Shown here piece by piece: positions 13,800 to 26,794 of a stretch of DNA of 64,000 nucleotides. The number at the start of each line of letters is the position of its first letter. Position 1 is the first letter of the stretch. Below the pieces are notes generated by a model. It was not told the DNA's origin, ran no database searches, and saw only the letters and a list, made by a program, of their open reading frames with translations. Source of the DNA: Eledone cirrhosa (lineage: Eukaryota); assembly GCA_964016885.1 (NCBI GenBank), contig OZ024745.1, positions 84,444,001 through 84,508,000 of the forward strand. Direction: 5' to 3'. The translations under genes were made by a program, and so were the position numbers.

Positions 13800-15029
13800 C
13801 TATCATCCTTTGAGGAATTGATAAAATAAAGTACCTGTGAAATACTGATCTGTATTAATGATACATATCCTTGTTTGCTTGGTTACATTAAAAATGCCAT
13901 GCTACCTTATATGTGACATCCACAATTAACTGTGTATATTTCAAAAATAAAAACTCAGTATTCGTTTAATGTAAAATAAAATAAGTTAAACAGTATTACA
14001 AGACGGGGAATTGAAAATATACAAATATGAATTCGGTTTTATCATATATTTAATTTATTTCGATTTAATAACTATTTTTAATTTGAAAATTAGTATTTAT
14101 TTTAAATTAGTATTTTTTAAAATTATAATTGTCGTGCCTATGTAATATTACAAGATATTATCGAGTGTTAAAAGCAGATTCTACAAATATTATCTGTAGG
14201 ATGACAGGTAACACTCTAGTATTTCTATAAAGCAGCAAACATCCTAGATGTAAACATAATTAAAATAAAAGAAATATTTATTTTATCGTTCTTGAAGGGA
14301 TGCAATTTCCGGAAATTGAACTAAAGAAGGAAGCTAAATACTACCTTTAGTCATACCATCCTGTTATTTTAAACAAACAGAATAAATAGGCTCCAATGAA
14401 AATCGAAATCACGATTTTTCGTTTAATAATAATTGAGAAACGGATATATGTATCGACCCGTGATGGAGTAGTAGGGGAGCCATATTAACATATGGCGTTT
14501 CTTATTCATTTTTAAACCTGGCGGAGTCCATTTCCTCTCCAGGTTAGAATACAACCTATTTTGAGTTATTTGATAGTTCCCGGTATTTTAGAATTTTATT
14601 CCGTTCAACAACGAAAGTAAGTGGCCTACACATTTATTGTGGCATCTATGATGTGGGAGGGAGCAAAAGAGTCACTGACTGTAGCGTCCCAGATCGTTAA
14701 TATTTTTTTGAGTTATGTGTGGTTAGGCAAGTGTTGTGAATTAACACACAAGTTAGTTTTTCTCTTTAAGAAATACAAAATACAAAACATGAAGCCAATC
14801 AATCAATCACTGGTGAGAATCTTTACCAAATAGTAATGCCAAAATCATTTCTAGCAGGTCGAGAGAACACATAGAAGTTACCTAATTAGTTTGTCTATGA
14901 GACATTTGAATCAAGTGAAAGGTTTCAGAGGTGTGGGATTCTGATGAAGGCAGAAAAAATTAGTGTTCAATATTACCGACTATATACAAAGGTAGGTAGA
15001 CAGGTGGTTGTTTTCGCCTCTCTGTGAAG

Positions 15030-15510
15030 TTTTAGTGGAACATGTACATGTATGTATGTGAAATCATATAGGCTACAGGACAGTTAGTAGCCAAACAGTA
15101 CATTGGTACAACTCCTACAAGAGTGTGTCCGTGAAGCTTATACACATACACAAGGTCCGAACACATAAGAACCAAACTCTCACTGCCACCGTCCCTCTCA
15201 CGCTCTCCATCTCTCACTATTATGAGCAAATGGGGGCCTACGCGCTGGCGGCCCCGCGGCCCCAGCGGACAGAATAGAGAAGGTGTTTCCTCGGAGGATG
15301 GTGAGGCAGACGCGCTGGAAGAGCCAGCTCGCGAGGCTCACACCTGCGGGTAGCCAACTCTGTGTCGATGATAGTGAGCAGATGGGTGACCCTAGGAACA
15401 AGGACACCAGAAGTCTCCACGGGCTCGACCAGAAACCTCTCGGTGAGCGACCGATATTTGGAGAGTTTACCCTCCTCAGTCCGAAGTGCAGGAGAGCCTG
15501 GGTTAAAGTG
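15030..15510 (-). mobile_element. 3' end of a CRE-like (restriction-like endonuclease) non-LTR retrotransposon
   Basis: Minus-strand translation across frameshifts: EEGKLSKYRSLTERFLVEP.VETSGV...RE.SWLFQRVCLTILRGNTFSIL. This resembles the E..K..KY / P..VET.G / QR.S..I.RGN C-terminus of CRE-clade proteins. Confidence 0.6.
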
Positions 15511-15831
15511 TGAGACGAGAAGGAAATTCAGTTGTTGTTGTCGTCGTTCTCATTGTTGTTGTTGAATGAGCAGAACACTGATCAAAAGTGTTCCAACCGT
15601 AATAGTCCTTTCCATCTCTCAGACAGTGCATTATTAGATGTATCCCCCTCTTTTCTAGATGACAGTAATCTGAGTGAGATTTAGCTTCTACATCTAGCAG
15701 ATTCAACAACCATATAGCTGCTACCTCATTGACTGAGGTTTAGAGTTTCCGAGACTTATGTAGCCATGTAGTTGCAGCCGAATTTGTACCCAACTTAACA
15801 GTGGGTATATTAATGAGTTTACATATAATCG

Positions 15832-16040
15832 TTTCTACTTTTAGCACAATGCCTGCAATTTGAAGGGAAGCCTTCAAATAAACTCGCCCCTAGTGCGTTA
15901 TGGTGCTTTATTTTATCGACCCCATAAGGATGACAGGCAAAGCTAACTTCGGCGAGATTTGAACTCAGAACATAAAGGGCCGAAACTCTGTGTCGCAAAA
16001 CATGTCTGACGCTCTAACGACTCTGTCCATCTACCGCTCC
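15832..16040 (-). mobile_element. tRNA-derived SINE, family with a cctttcatcctt.cggggtcgataaaataaagtacc core
   Basis: Homologous to 16195-16412, 17160-17375 and 23640-24065; B-box gagttcaaatc. Confidence 0.8.
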
Positions 16041-16194
16041 TCAGAGTTTACATATAATCCAAACTAAATTTCCTGGATTTCTAATATATTTAGTGGGTTC
16101 ACAATTCCATGTGTGAAAATATTTTCTACGTATGTGTGTCTTGTAAATGTTTGAGATTTGTTCAGTATTGTGGTAAATTTTGGATGTGGATTAT

Positions 16195-16412
16195 ATTGAC
16201 TTCTAATTTAGGCACAAGGCCAGAAAATTTGGGATAAAAATAAATTTGATTAAATCAACTCTATTACTTAACTGATACTTTATTTTATCGACCCCAGAAG
16301 AATGAAAGGCAAAGTCGACTTCAGCGGGATTAGGACTCAGAACGTAACGAACTAGAACAAATACTGCAATGACATTTTATTCGATGCTCTACCAATTCTG
16401 CCTATCCACCGT
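16195..16412 (-). mobile_element. tRNA-derived SINE, same family
   Basis: ggcacaaggcc...ttttatcgacccc...gaaaggcaaagtcgac...gactcagaacgtaa. Confidence 0.8.
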
Positions 16413-17159
16413 CCTATGATGTAGATTTGTTTTTGTAAAAAATACGAGTGTCTTTTGTGGTTATGGAAAAGGAAGGGAAAGGCAAGGGTTCTAGGGTCAC
16501 AGAAGAATGGGAGGGGGGAAGGGGAAAATGAGGGGCTCTAGGCCTAGGGCACCGTGGTATTGGGGCTGTGCCCCGCGGACAAGACCGCAAAAGCATTCCC
16601 GCGGACAATGACAAGCGACATACGATGCAACAGCTACCCCCACCTCGCAGAGATTCATTCGTAATAGCTGAATGTTTAATTTGTCAAGAGAATGGGTGCT
16701 TTTCATACCACATCACCAGTTTGTCTTCCACCACCTTTTTTAATTTTGAGTATTGGGTTTTCCAGCATTTAAAAGAAAATGACGAACCAAAAGAAGTGTT
16801 ATACGCTTGTGATAGCTGAAGACACAGTGTTTAATACATGTCTATTTATAACAATGTAATGCCAAAATGAAACTTTAAAAATAGATATTTGTAGGAATTT
16901 TAAAAATTAACAACTTCACTTAGTTACCATTTTATTTGATTAAATACTTCGAAATATCCTTAGAAGAAGAAACAATCGATTTTAAAATCTAAATTTAAGT
17001 TTATTTCGAATTTAACTCACAGACACAAACCAAACATCGAAGATGTTGATATGAAGTTATCAGTTATAAAAAAAAACAATCCACCATACCAATAACATAA
17101 AATGTGGTTGGTATGGTGGAAGCAAATGTTTGGTTTCTTTTCAATTGGTTTATAAATAA

Positions 17160-17375
17160 TTATTTCTACTTTTGGCACAAGGCCAGCAATTATCCAGTGC
17201 ATTACTGGTACTTTATTTTATCGACCCCGTAAGGATGAAAGGCAAAGTTAATAATGGTTTCTGATTTAGGCAAAGCTAACCTCATCGGGATTTGAACTCA
17301 GAACGTAAAGGGACGTAGCTCTATGCCGAGAAGCATGATGTCTGACACTACCGATACTGTCCATCCACCGCCCTT
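17160..17375 (-). mobile_element. tRNA-derived SINE, same family
   Basis: ggcacaaggccagcaattatccagtg...ttatcgaccccgtaaggatgaaaggc...gatttgaactcagaacg. Confidence 0.85.
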
Positions 17376-19982
17376 AGTTTGATAAATAAGAATAAAACAA
17401 TCTCTCCGGTATTTTAATACAATTAGAACACTGACAATTTACATCAATATTTATTCAACAGTTATTTTAAATTGTGTGTCCTAGAAGTAAATTGAACTAA
17501 ACTTTGAAACTGACAAATGCGTGATTTTTTTTTTAATGTTATTATTTTAATAAAGCAGAAATGTCAATACACGATCTTTTTTTCTTTTAAAGAACCAAGA
17601 ATAACCTTGAACATTCCTTATATTTTCAATGTATTTGTCAAATTATAAAAACAAAACACAATATATTTGTGTAGCAGTATTTTCGTTTTTCTTTTAGCTA
17701 GAATGTCGTGAGTTTGACAGTTTAGTAATGAATTACATATAGAAAATATTAAGTTGCGGGTATATATGTTGCTACGGAAGTTCTTGTCATTTGTCATTCT
17801 TGACATGATGACTGTGTTAAATCAATAGTGCTAAATGAAGAAGACGAGAATAAATTCTGACTAAATGTTGAATATATTCTACTATCAACGTTCGATCATT
17901 AAAACTCTTTTCGTGTGTGTCAGATATTAGATTTTGTCCAATCATAACATGCTAAAACGATTTACAAACTTATATAGCACCATTATATAATTGTAATAAA
18001 AACAAAATATATGATCGTGAATATCAATGTTGTTGCAGTGTAAAATAATTTAGTGAGTGTATATAATTTAGACAGAAACAGGAATATGGCAGTTTTGTGA
18101 AATCTGATGAAATTTGAATGAAGGCTAAAATAAATCTACGCACAGAATTTGGTAGGTTAGTCTCTTTTTAAAACTATGATCAGTGTATAAGGTTTGTTAA
18201 ATTTAGTACAATGAAGTTTATAGTAAAAGGTGCTCATTTTTCCAGGATATTTTCAGATTGGTGCTAAGATAGCAATTTTAGCAGACACAAAAAAAATAAA
18301 ATGACTGATTAGTTCTCTTTGCTGGCAATTAACAAATCAAGATAGCTTGTTAACTTTAATGAGTAGAAAATATCGATTTTTGTTTAAACGAAAGTATTTT
18401 AAAGATGAAAATCTATGTATGGTTAAAGATGAAATCATGCTTATATCCGCAAAAACAGAACAATGTTCGGAGTCTACCATTCCCACTTTATCCGCCACCG
18501 TAACTCGAACCAGTTATGTAAATAATAGATTATTCCAATTTTCACCGATATATTGTAGATATTACCCATGGCATTATTGAACACAACATGGTGTATTGGT
18601 GTGGTGGGAGTTCAAATCCCGTTGTGGTTTACTATCGTATAGACTTAGTCCGTCGCTTGATTTAACAGCGCCGCATGGCTTTTGTGTTATTTCCGCAGTG
18701 TCCGTTCTGTTCCAAGCATTTGAAGCTGATCTCCGGTTTAAGAATGCTTTTTTTCCTCCCTTCTGAGACCTTGAAAAAAATAGGTTTTATGCAATGCCTC
18801 TCCTTCTCTGACTAACTAGACAAACATAGCTCACATTGAACCAAACATTGCATTGTTGCTGTTTTCGTGATGAAATCTTTCTTTTTGTGGTATCTACAAT
18901 GCGACTGGGTGGACTGACACTGTGTAATAATACCCAGTGTAGCTAGTTCCTTAAAAACATTAGCACAGCTATCAATTATATTCACATAGATAATGGACTT
19001 TGAATACATTTATGTATATTTATCCACTTGTGATCATTATGAACTCCCCTGTTGATTATAATGTAATGCATGCTTTGATATTATTCATTAAACCAATAAC
19101 TATATAAAAATCAGAAATGAATTTTTATATGCATTGCATAAGCCCAGCATTCTACATATCTATCAAATAAATACTATAGACATCTTTTAGTTGAGATTTT
19201 TCATGTTTTCTTTACGCTTGGTGTATTACCTAATGTGTCCTGCTTCAGTAACTTAATAGCACGAAGTTTTTGGAGACTATGTATGGATTTGTTGATCCTT
19301 TATTATTTTGTTTTATTTCTCATAAATGATTAAAAAAATATATACATATATATATTTATATATAAATATATATATATTTCAATTACTATATTGGTTGTAT
19401 TTGGTATTTAACAATTGATATTATTGCTTCTCAAGCCGCTATGTCTGCTAGCATAATAACAGGAATTTTCTATACAACTGTTGTTATCCAAATATTCTGC
19501 AAAACTAAATGAAGAAACACTGCGGCAATTAAAGGAAGTGCTTACATTGTTTCGTTATCAAAATTATTTCAAATTGTGACTGCATAAACTACGACTAAAC
19601 TTGTAAGAAACTTAGTTCAGTCACTCGTCTATCATTCACAATTAATTATACTAAGTGACAAATGTATATGTGGTGAGTGAGATGACAAATGTAATGTACT
19701 GTCGTTGTAAGGAAGAAAAACGAGTTATATCAATGTATTTCTGCTGGTTTGTCTGAATGTGTGTGTGTGAGAGAAATCTTTGCTTTTCCAACGGATCATA
19801 AATAAAGTAATGTGTCATGTGAATCGACATGTCTCAAAAGAGACAAAATATATCACCTGATGCATACTCAAAGTATAAAAAGCCAGTGGAAAGTGTAAAG
19901 GGTCATATTAGAAATGGTTTGTCAGGTGAATAGCAATGCCACGTATGAAGCAGCATTTCATAAGAAAAACAGGCGATTGGAA

Positions 19983-20637
19983 GTAGTATGTATATATATA
20001 TACATACATGCACACATATATATATTTATGTACGTATGGATTCACCGAACATTTATTATAATACTCGGTGTGTTTGTAAACAAACATCCCGAATTAAGCC
20101 GTACAGTGTCTAGCAACCATCTGTATACATATATGTATGTACGTATACATACTTATATTTAAGTAACAGCCGTACTAAGAGTGGGAAATGAAATTTCGTT
20201 TCATTTTTTCCGTTTTCGGTACCCCGGCCGATTAACTCACTCTATATGCAAATTAGGCTGCTCAGCCGTTAATATGCATAAGGAAAGTATATACTTTCAG
20301 ACGTTCAATCATCTGGCAGGAAGGTATACGTTGCTGACGATAGCTAATAAGCTTGAAACTAGTACAACGTTCCTTTGTCAGGGTTGAACAAATGAGCAAC
20401 GATGGTTGTTAGACACTGTACGGCTTAATTCGGGAGGTTTGTTTACAAACACACCGAGCATTATAATAAATGTTCGGTGAATCCATACGTATATATATAT
20501 ATGTGTGCATGTATGTATATATATATATACTACTACTGTACGTAGGTATACATATATGTATGTACGTATACATACTTATATTTACGTAACAGCCGTACTA
20601 AGGGTGAGAAATGAAATTTCGTTTCATTTTTTCCGTT
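19983..20637 (+). mobile_element. HHR-bearing PLE pLTR-like element with inverted and direct repeats
   Basis: Inverted repeat ~19983-20121 / 20401-20533; direct repeat ~20123-20216 / 20547-20637; HHR at 20328-20370. Confidence 0.75.
20328..20370 (+). ncRNA. Minimal type I hammerhead ribozyme
   Basis: acgttg-CTGACGA-tagct aata agctt-GAAA-ctag-TA-caacgt. Stem I is 6 bp, stem III is the palindrome ACTAGT, and the site is GUA. Confidence 0.88.
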
Positions 20638-20664
20638 TATATATATTATACTTTTTCGTAAAAT

Positions 20665-20973
20665 GGCGTAGACATACAATACAACAGGAGGAACATAATA
20701 GTACCACTGATGATGTTGCAGATGTGCAACGAAAGAACTTTGTTAGACGATATATATGTGTTTATATCTATTTTATATCTGTACTTTTGACCGTTGGTCA
20801 GTCAATGGTAAACATTGAGGACCGAATGAATTAACTGTGGAAATATAAAATATAGAGAAGCGAAAACCAACCAAACTGTTATTATTTCTGGCAATATTAT
20901 TACAATAATATGACCCTCCCCAAGTATAACAATATTTGTTTCGACACACGATTTCATATCAAAAACCTCGCAA

Positions 20974-20975
<2 letters not shown>
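20665..20975 (+). mobile_element. Solo PLE pLTR-like module, family A, with HHR at 20702-20745
   Basis: tacca-CTGATGA-tgttgca gatg tgcaac-GAAA-gaac-TT-tgtta. Inverted homologue of 10665-10985. Confidence 0.75.
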
Positions 20976-21010
<35 letters not shown>

Positions 21011-21094
21011 AAAAATTGAACGGGAACAAAACAGAGAGGCAGTACGAACAAAGGTTTATTAGTTTCACGCTCTTGAGAGTGGGGTGGTGGTGGG

Positions 21095-21130
21095 GAACGA
21101 CGTTTCGGGCATAAGCCCTTATTCAGGTGA
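21095..21130 (-). ncRNA. Degenerate minimal hammerhead (G8 mutated)
   Basis: Reverse complement: CTGAATA-agggc ttat gccc-GAAA-cg-TC; AATAAA lies ~35 nt downstream. Confidence 0.5.
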
Positions 21131-22040
21131 AAAGTGTCTGGGAAGAGAGTTCATAGGGTGTGTAGGGGAGAAAAAAGGGGGTGAGAGGAAACGGTACAAA
21201 TGAAATTAAATATAAAAGCATGATAAAAATAAAAATAAAAATACACATGAAGTAAAATAGGTGGTGGAAGGTGTGGGGCGTATAGGGGTGGTGGCGGGTG
21301 GAGTGGGGAGAGGGAGGCGGGGTGTCCGAGCGGGGAGGACTGAAGGTGGTGTGTGTCTGTAGGTGTACGTGTGTGTGTGTGTGTGTGTATGTGAAAGTAA
21401 AAGTTGGGGGAAAAAAGGGGTTGCATGTTCAGGAAGAGGTGTGTGTGGTGTGGGGGTGTAGGTCGGAGTGTGTGTGCGTGTGTGGATAGAGGGGTGGGGG
21501 GAGAGGATTCCGGAGGCTGAATGTGTAAATATGTGGTGGTACGCACGTGTGTGTGTGGTGTTTATGCGTGTTGTGGATGTAGGTGCCGTGTGGGGAAAAC
21601 ATTTTTGGGGGGTGTATGTCAGTGGGTGAGTCCTTAAGGTAGTTCCGTAGACGATGTGGTGGAATGCTGAGTAATATCCTTGGAATGTGGTGGATTCTAG
21701 GGATCGATGTTCACATATGTGTAATCCGTGAAGAGATTGGTCGGAAGAGGGGAGATGTGGGGTGCGCGCGCAACAGGAAGTGGTCAGAGGGTCAAGGCAG
21801 GAGGAGGGTTGTGTGTCTGTGTGTGCGGGGAGGTGGTCGGAGATAAGGGCATAGCAGCAGTTGGGTAGAATGGTAAGTGAAGAAAGTCGGTGTGTCAGTG
21901 TGTGCGGAGGTGCGGTGGACAGGGGAGAGGATGGGTAGGTGTGAAAGTTGGAGTGAGGAGGGGGTGTGTGTGTATTAGTAGAGGTGTTAGTGGGATGTGT
22001 GTGTGTGTGAGAAAGGGTGTGGGTGGAGCGGGGAGAGAAG

Positions 22041-22082
<42 letters not shown>

Positions 22083-22089
<7 letters not shown>

Positions 22090-22365
22090 AATGAATAATA
22101 ACAGGTAGACATCATAAAAAGGTAATTTATTCCGTGTGCTTACAAATGTTTCCACGGTGGTACTACAGCCTAGTTATGGTATGTGCAAATTTACAAGAAT
22201 TTGCAGAACTCAAATATCCAATGCTGTGACCACTGTATCCTCAGAAGGATCAGGAACTAAGTTTCTTCAACAATTCTTCCATAACTCGTAGAGTAACCTC
22301 TCACCGTACGTCAACCATATCCAGTGTAGTAATTAACTATTACTACATCTTGGGTAATCCTATAC

Positions 22366-22370
<5 letters not shown>
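22083..22370. mobile_element. Rearranged (5'-inverted) copy of the pLTR at 28900-29215, with long-stem-II HHR on the minus strand at 22137-22245
   Basis: 22083-22245 matches 29042-29206 directly; 22245-22370 matches the reverse complement of 28900-29027. (TA)n on both sides. Confidence 0.8.
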
Positions 22371-22426
<56 letters not shown>

Positions 22427-22784
22427 GCACACACACAGAGAGACAGAATTTTTATTGAGCTTTTTACTGAGAAACATTATCGATATATATTTTATATCGA
22501 TAAAATTAACTTATTTCTACTCCTATTTTCTCTATATTAGTTTTTAGTTGACTAAAATGGAATCGCCTTAAGGTCCTAAAACGTTATAATTACAAAGTCG
22601 AGATAATTTAAATATTTTCTTCCATGGGTAAACTGCTCTTGGTTGACAACTGAGTATTTATTGTGGGATATCCAGTGGGTAGCCTGGAACGGCCGATCCC
22701 TGTGACTTGTATTGGATTCCTGAGTAGGTTAGTGTTAATCGGGGCAGTCCTGGGTGTAATACTCTCCGTCCGGAGACCAAATTA

Positions 22785-23200
22785 TGTAATTGCAGAAACG
22801 CCATCTCGTGCCGGCTTGACAATAAATCCCTAGTGAAAAATCTACTTTACCCGTGCAGAGTCACTACCGACAACTCGTAGTATAGATACATAGGAGCAAT
22901 GTCAACGAGCTTCAAGGAAAGGTGGTATAATCCCCGCCACTCTTTCAACAGAATCGATAAATAGAAAATCACGGCCCTTTCCGAACTGATCTGGAAGCTT
23001 AAGTTGGACAAGAGTCGATACTCTTTGGTCTGGTCCAAAGTTAGGGAGGTACTCCCCGGACGGAGGCCGGTCTGGCATTTGCAGCCTCTGTCTGAGTGAG
23101 ACCTTCAAGATACTCAGTAATTAAGATACAAGTAATTAATCGAAGTGCCGATTACTTTGGTGCTTGTCGACACCTAAGGACGGGATATTTCCTAAAGCTA
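22785..23200 (+). pseudogene. Degenerate PLE GIY-YIG endonuclease fragment, absent from the ORF track
   Basis: Manual translation: CNCRNAISCRLDNKSLVKNLLY...YIGAMSTSFKERWYNPRHSF...TALSELIWKLK...ICSLCLSETFKIL, with stops and frameshifts. Confidence 0.8.
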
Positions 23201-23639
23201 TATCGTTAGCAACCTCCTGGGGTTCCAGATGGACCACCCCCGCCTACTGTTTCTGTCTTATTAATCTCTAAACGAATCCTAGGGCCACACAAACATTGCA
23301 ATAGGACTCACGCCTTGCCTTTTTTCCCTTGTATTTCCCCAATTCCTCCTTATAAATATAATTCTCATATGTTTCTTAGCATATTCTATGTCTCTGTATG
23401 ACTATCAATTTTCTGAGACATATTAGGCGTTGGCAGAGTCTAATATTAGTACCTGCTGCAAATCCCACATTTTTGTTCTTAATGTTTTTTCTGTGCCCTT
23501 TGTTTCTATTTCTGTACCATTTATTTTACACTTGTGAGGTATTCCTTGTTTATTTAATGATCATCTATCTCCAACCTCATTTTTACTTCACCTTTATTTT
23601 GTTTATATGTCAACAGTAATTCTCGACTAATTCTACACA

Positions 23640-24065
23640 CTGGTCATTGTGGATTGGCAGTATCGTTAGAGCGTCGAACAACATGCTTTTCAGCATAGAG
23701 TTACGGCCCTTTACGTGCTCGGCTCAAATACCGCTAGAGGAGCTTTGCCTTTCATCCTTACAGGGTCGATAAAATAAAGTCACGCACTGAGGTTGGTTTA
23801 ATCGACTTTCCCCTCCCCCTGGCCTTGTGCCTATAGTAGAAATCATTATTATTATATTATATCACTGGGTGGTTGATTGGCAGTATCGGTAGAGAGTCAG
23901 ACGCCATGCTTTGCAGCAGAATTACGTCCCTTTACGGACTGAGTTCCAATCCTGCCGAGGTTAACTTTACCTTTCATCCTTACGGGGGTCGATAAAATAA
24001 AGTACCAGTAATGTACTGGATAAATGCTGGCCTTGTGCCAATAGTATAAACAATTATTATATTAT
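23640..24065 (+). mobile_element. Two tandem tRNA-derived SINEs with (ATT)n tails (23640-23860 and 23866-24065)
   Basis: Each reads tggcagtatcg.tagag...cctttcatcctta..gggtcgataaaataaagt...ggccttgtgcc...attattatt. Confidence 0.85.
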
Positions 24066-24739
24066 ATCACTACTGCCACTATAACTACGATGGCCAACTG
24101 CCACTCCTAACTAAGGTATCATTGGTCATTGTTGCTGCTGAAAACAATTTGATCTGAAACAGCAACTTATCTACAAGGTCAATCCCTACTGCTAAAGTAT
24201 CCCCTACTGACCTGATTCCTGAACAAGTTGAAGGCAAGTCTCAGACTATGGCACCACTAAAGAATTCAAATGACTTCATGATGTTGTGGTGAAGCTAACT
24301 CCAACAAATAGATAATGGCCTTATATACCCCCTTTTGTTGATGCTGTGAGGCAGCTTATTCTAAGTCATATGTCACCGGTGCTTTGAGAAAACAACACTA
24401 AATATCAACGTGAGGCTTATCAATGAATCAAAACAACAAAAGCTCTATTTCTTTATGTTTTTCTGGGTTTTTTTATGTTCAACTTCTAGCTGTCTGATGC
24501 AGTCATAATTGTTGCATAACGGTTCTCACCGAAATATATATAACAGCAATTATGAATAAACAAAATGAATTATAACCCATTGACTTGTACTTCATGTTTA
24601 TATTTATATATATATAAAATGCCAGCACCAACAGTTTTGCAAGAGATGTCAACATGAATGGACCTGTTATTTTCATCTAAAGACATTTTTTCAAATTCCA
24701 ACCCACCCGTCCCCTCAATCTATCTTATTTCTCATTCTT

Positions 24740-24775
24740 TCTTCTGATGAAGAACTAGCGTCTGAAACGTTAAGA
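24740..24775 (+). ncRNA. Minimal type I hammerhead ribozyme
   Basis: tctt-CTGATGA-aga actagcg tct-GAAA-cg-TT-aaga. Stem III ACGT, GUU site. Confidence 0.75.
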
Positions 24776-24870
24776 CCCTCTTCCTGCTATATCAAGCATT
24801 AACCTAATATATCCATTCCATATACTGTACCGAGTGTGTTGTTATTTCTGTTTACCGTTTACATACATAT

Positions 24871-25135
24871 ATGTGGACCACCCCTTCATGATCTTCTTTC
24901 ACGAAGCCAAGCCATGATATGATATATATATACATATATATCATATCATGGCTTCGCTTCGTGAAAGAAGATCATGAAGGGGTGATCTACATTGATTGCA
25001 GGCACGGTTGTGGCTGTTCAGGCCAATGTGGGACAGGCAGGCACGGACGCACCTGAAGGGCTGGTCTGGGTTTGATGACTTGGTGTTGTGGTTCTTTCTT
25101 CTATATCTTTTGTCTTCAAATGTAGTCCTGCAGGT
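24871..25135 (-). mobile_element. RTE-like LINE 3' end with an inverted duplicate of its tail (palindrome 24871-24992)
   Basis: Minus strand encodes CVRACLSHIGLNSHNRAC, an RTE-type C-terminal zinc motif. The tail ...cgaagccatgatatga is mirrored on the plus strand. Confidence 0.6.
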
Positions 25136-26742
25136 GTTTTCGAAGATGGAGACAGCATGGTTATGATGAGATGTCAGGCGTCACAGTTCTTAATCACAGG
25201 GTCACGAGTTCAATGACACTGTGGAGTGCATCTAAGGTATTTACCTTAGCCCATAGTTAAATCAGCCTCGTGAAAGAAAGTGAGTAGGAGGAAACTATGC
25301 AGAGACCCATCAAATGGACTGCACATTATTCAAATGTCCACTCTTGTTACACACACTGTCATACTGATTCTGTATGAGAATTACATTGAGGACATGCATA
25401 TCTACAGGAATACTCTGCTGCTTGATGCTAATTGATTGAATAACTGAAATTCTTGACCAATCGAAATCAATAGAGATCCATTTACTTCTCATACGTATGT
25501 GTGAATATTTATATATTTATTTCATCCTTCTCGCCTAATAAATGAATATTATTCCTCTATATTTCTACACAGGCGCATACTCATTATCATACTTCATTTC
25601 TTCTGCTTTACATTAGTTAAACAATGCTTGTTTGCAGAAAAACAAAATGTCTTTTTCTAATAAAAATTATAAAATGTTAATATTATTTGTAATTTTCTCC
25701 TGTCTATATTTTTCTCAATCCCATTCTATTGTTTACCTGTTGGTTCGTTGGTCTTCTCGCCAGTTGGTTTGTTTGTTTGTTTTAATACTTTAAAAGAAAA
25801 CTATTCAAGTAGAAAACAGCGTTTAAATTTATTTGAGTTCAAATTATATACGAGATAATCTCTTGAAAGCTGAACGGTATCCTTTTGAACAACATTTCAT
25901 GGTGAATATGAAATCAATATCTATTTATAATCTGTACTTCAAGTACTACTCCACTGCAACAGCAAACCTCAAAAATTACAAAATATTTTTTGTAAAAGAC
26001 GAGCAAAAAAAACAAAAAAAAATTATTTTCTGCTTTTGTTTTGAATAGGAAATACAGACTAATACATAACGATAATGTTAGTTTGATAATAACAGCTGAA
26101 GTAGGAATTGTTTTTTTTCTCAAACTATTTTCAATTTTTCTGCTTGTAAAATTATTTTTTAGTATCTAAAATTTGTAACTAAAATATATCTCATGCCATG
26201 TATGTATTTATTCAATTTATAGAGCTAGTAAGCTATGACTGACTAGGGAAAGTATAGGGTACTCCTTACAGTCGGTAATCAAAAGAGCTAGAGAGACAAG
26301 TAATAAAAAAAAATTAATTAATTAAAGGGAAAAAATAAAATAAAATAAAATGAAATAAAATAAAAATAAAAATAAAATTTCAAATATTGAAAGCCAATGG
26401 GAGGCAAATTATGAATAAGAAAATGAAAAAGAATAGAAAAACAGAAAACAAGGGAAGCTGTAAAACAGCTAGAAGTTTCTGATGTTGAATCTTTCCATAG
26501 CTTCCATGTACTCAAAGGGGGAGAGAATGGTATGCCAAACGAGAAAAACTATAGAAGAGAATAATAAGGACTGTAGTCCAACGTGCAGACAAAGAAGGAC
26601 AGAGGGGAGAATAGAGGAAGATAGACCATGTGGTGTGATATCTATTATATGTAGTTTTAAAAAAAAAGCCCTCTTTAGAGTATGAATTCAACACAGGACA
26701 AAGACAACAGAAAGATGGACAGTCCCATCTCATATATATACA

Positions 26743-26789
<47 letters not shown>

Positions 26790-26794
<5 letters not shown>

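Noticed and set aside
6400-19900. Host gene exons in the AT-rich stretches
   Set aside because: No recognisable protein similarity or convincing exon structure by eye; small exons cannot be excluded without RNA-seq.
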